This document shows, one piece after another, positions 63,534 to 64,000 of a DNA stretch of 64,000 nucleotides. Positions within the stretch are counted from its first letter, which is position 1. Each line of letters begins with the position of its first letter. Position numbers and translations under genes: made by a program. The notes under the pieces were generated by a model that saw only the letters and a list, made by a program, of their open reading frames with translations, had not been told where the DNA came from and did not search any database. Source of the DNA: an uncultured Candidatus Saccharibacteria bacterium (GTDB lineage: Bacteria > Patescibacteriota > Saccharimonadia > Saccharimonadales > AWTP1-31); the NCBI GenBank assembly GCA_937903325.1, contig CALCZR010000060.1, forward strand, positions 82,404-146,403, written 5' to 3'.

Positions 63534-63999
63534 AATTCCTCCTTCTTAATGATTCCGTTATAAATATTCCCCATCCCAAAATCACCCCAGCCACCAGCCA
63601 GTATAGAGACTGGTTAGCATAGGCAACATTAGAAAGATGGGCAAACTTAGGAAAGACGACTAGCGCAGATGTAGCTAGTACGCCAGTAAAAAACTGTGTA
63701 CCTGATTCCCCTGCACCTGGGACAAGTAGTGTACTCGCCAGCAGACCGGCCATAGCACAGAACAATTGCAAACTAGAGTAAAAGAATACGAAGCGAAGCG
63801 AAGCGTCTACCTGTCCGTTCAATGCAAACAGCATTGGTAACCCAATAAGAAACCCACAGATAATCACTGCACGTACCTCAGACCAGGCGATTCCCTTCGC
63901 ACCGCTGACCAATACTATCTCTGGTGGCACGTGACGGCGCATAACCCCTCGCACATCGCCAGCAAAAGTTGCAGCTAGAATACCTCCAATAATAAGCAT
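63520..63999 (-). CDS. Polytopic membrane protein (possibly N-terminally incomplete at the window edge)
   Basis: The sequence is hydrophobic throughout. The first in-window ATG is at 63999, one base from the edge. Confidence 0.4.
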   Translation of the reverse strand: MLIIGGILAATFAGDVRGVMRRHVPPEIVLVSGAKGIAWSEVRAVIICGFLIGLPMLFALNGQVDASLRFVFFYSSLQLFCAMAGLLASTLLVPGAGESGTQFFTGVLATSALVVFPKFAHLSNVAYANQSLYWLVAGVILGWGIFITESLRRRNYGRT

Positions 64000-64000
64000 G

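Noticed and set aside
1-64000. Possibility of an alternative genetic code (UGA recoded, as in some CPR lineages), and presence of CRISPR-Cas or rRNA.
   Set aside because: TGA ends several well-delimited genes at conserved C-termini (the RepRelax copy 22420..23250, IS3 orfB, recombinase C, the VirB4 N-terminal ORF). All long ORFs are intact under code 11. No direct-repeat/spacer array, cas-like gene or rRNA signature was seen.

Overview
This 64-kb window comes from a small-genome, Gram-positive-like bacterium that uses the standard genetic code. The gene content is LPXTG-type sorting signals, CotH/lamin-tail proteins, a minimal Gram-positive-type T4SS with small pilins, pyruvoyl arginine decarboxylase and dense operons. 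That points to a CPR/Patescibacteria (Saccharibacteria-like) genome, but this is inference only.

Left ~41 kb is a mosaic of three related, same-orientation integrative/conjugative-type elements (here E0, E1, E2). The recurring gene order is:
- giant NHL-repeat/histidine-kinase protein
- beta-helix adhesin
- LTD-CotH protein
- replication-relaxation-like protein
- 46-aa sORF
- large serine recombinase
- PLD(HKD) nuclease
- small protein
- XRE regulator
- T4SS genes (pilin, VirB6-like, PrgI/VirB3-like, split VirB4, M23 hydrolase)
- VirD4/TraG-like coupling protein

The rightmost recombinase ORF reads into an intact tRNA-Glu(TTC). The other two recombinase genes carry decayed tRNA-Glu 3'-end relics at exactly the same position. 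Each element is damaged differently:
- E0: a deletion fuses an adhesin fragment to a 5'-truncated recombinase.
- E1: no T4SS channel genes, but an intact coupling protein.
- E2: T4SS genes are present, but an IS3-family insertion with an adjacent deletion leaves only a coupling-protein stub.

In E1 the slot where the T4SS genes would sit holds a striking operon. It consists of a promoter, a T-box riboswitch leader and its terminator, then an archaeal-type tRNA-Tyr (C1:G72, short variable loop) and an archaeal-type TyrRS. An Asp/Glu-type racemase lies just upstream.

Right ~23 kb looks like chromosomal backbone:
- secreted peptidoglycan-binding-repeat proteins that share a duplicated promoter block
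- an LPNTG-anchored DUF11 protein and a lipoprotein
- a histidine kinase and a single-domain response regulator
- two Nudix hydrolases and pdaD
- a tightly coupled operon of unknown function (TMK-like, Rossmann, Nudix, AdoMetDC-like)
- a MurD-like ligase translationally coupled to a PP-loop protein (possible MurD2/MurL pair)

No CRISPR array, cas gene or rRNA was seen. All functional calls rest on motifs and by-eye alignment; no database search was possible.
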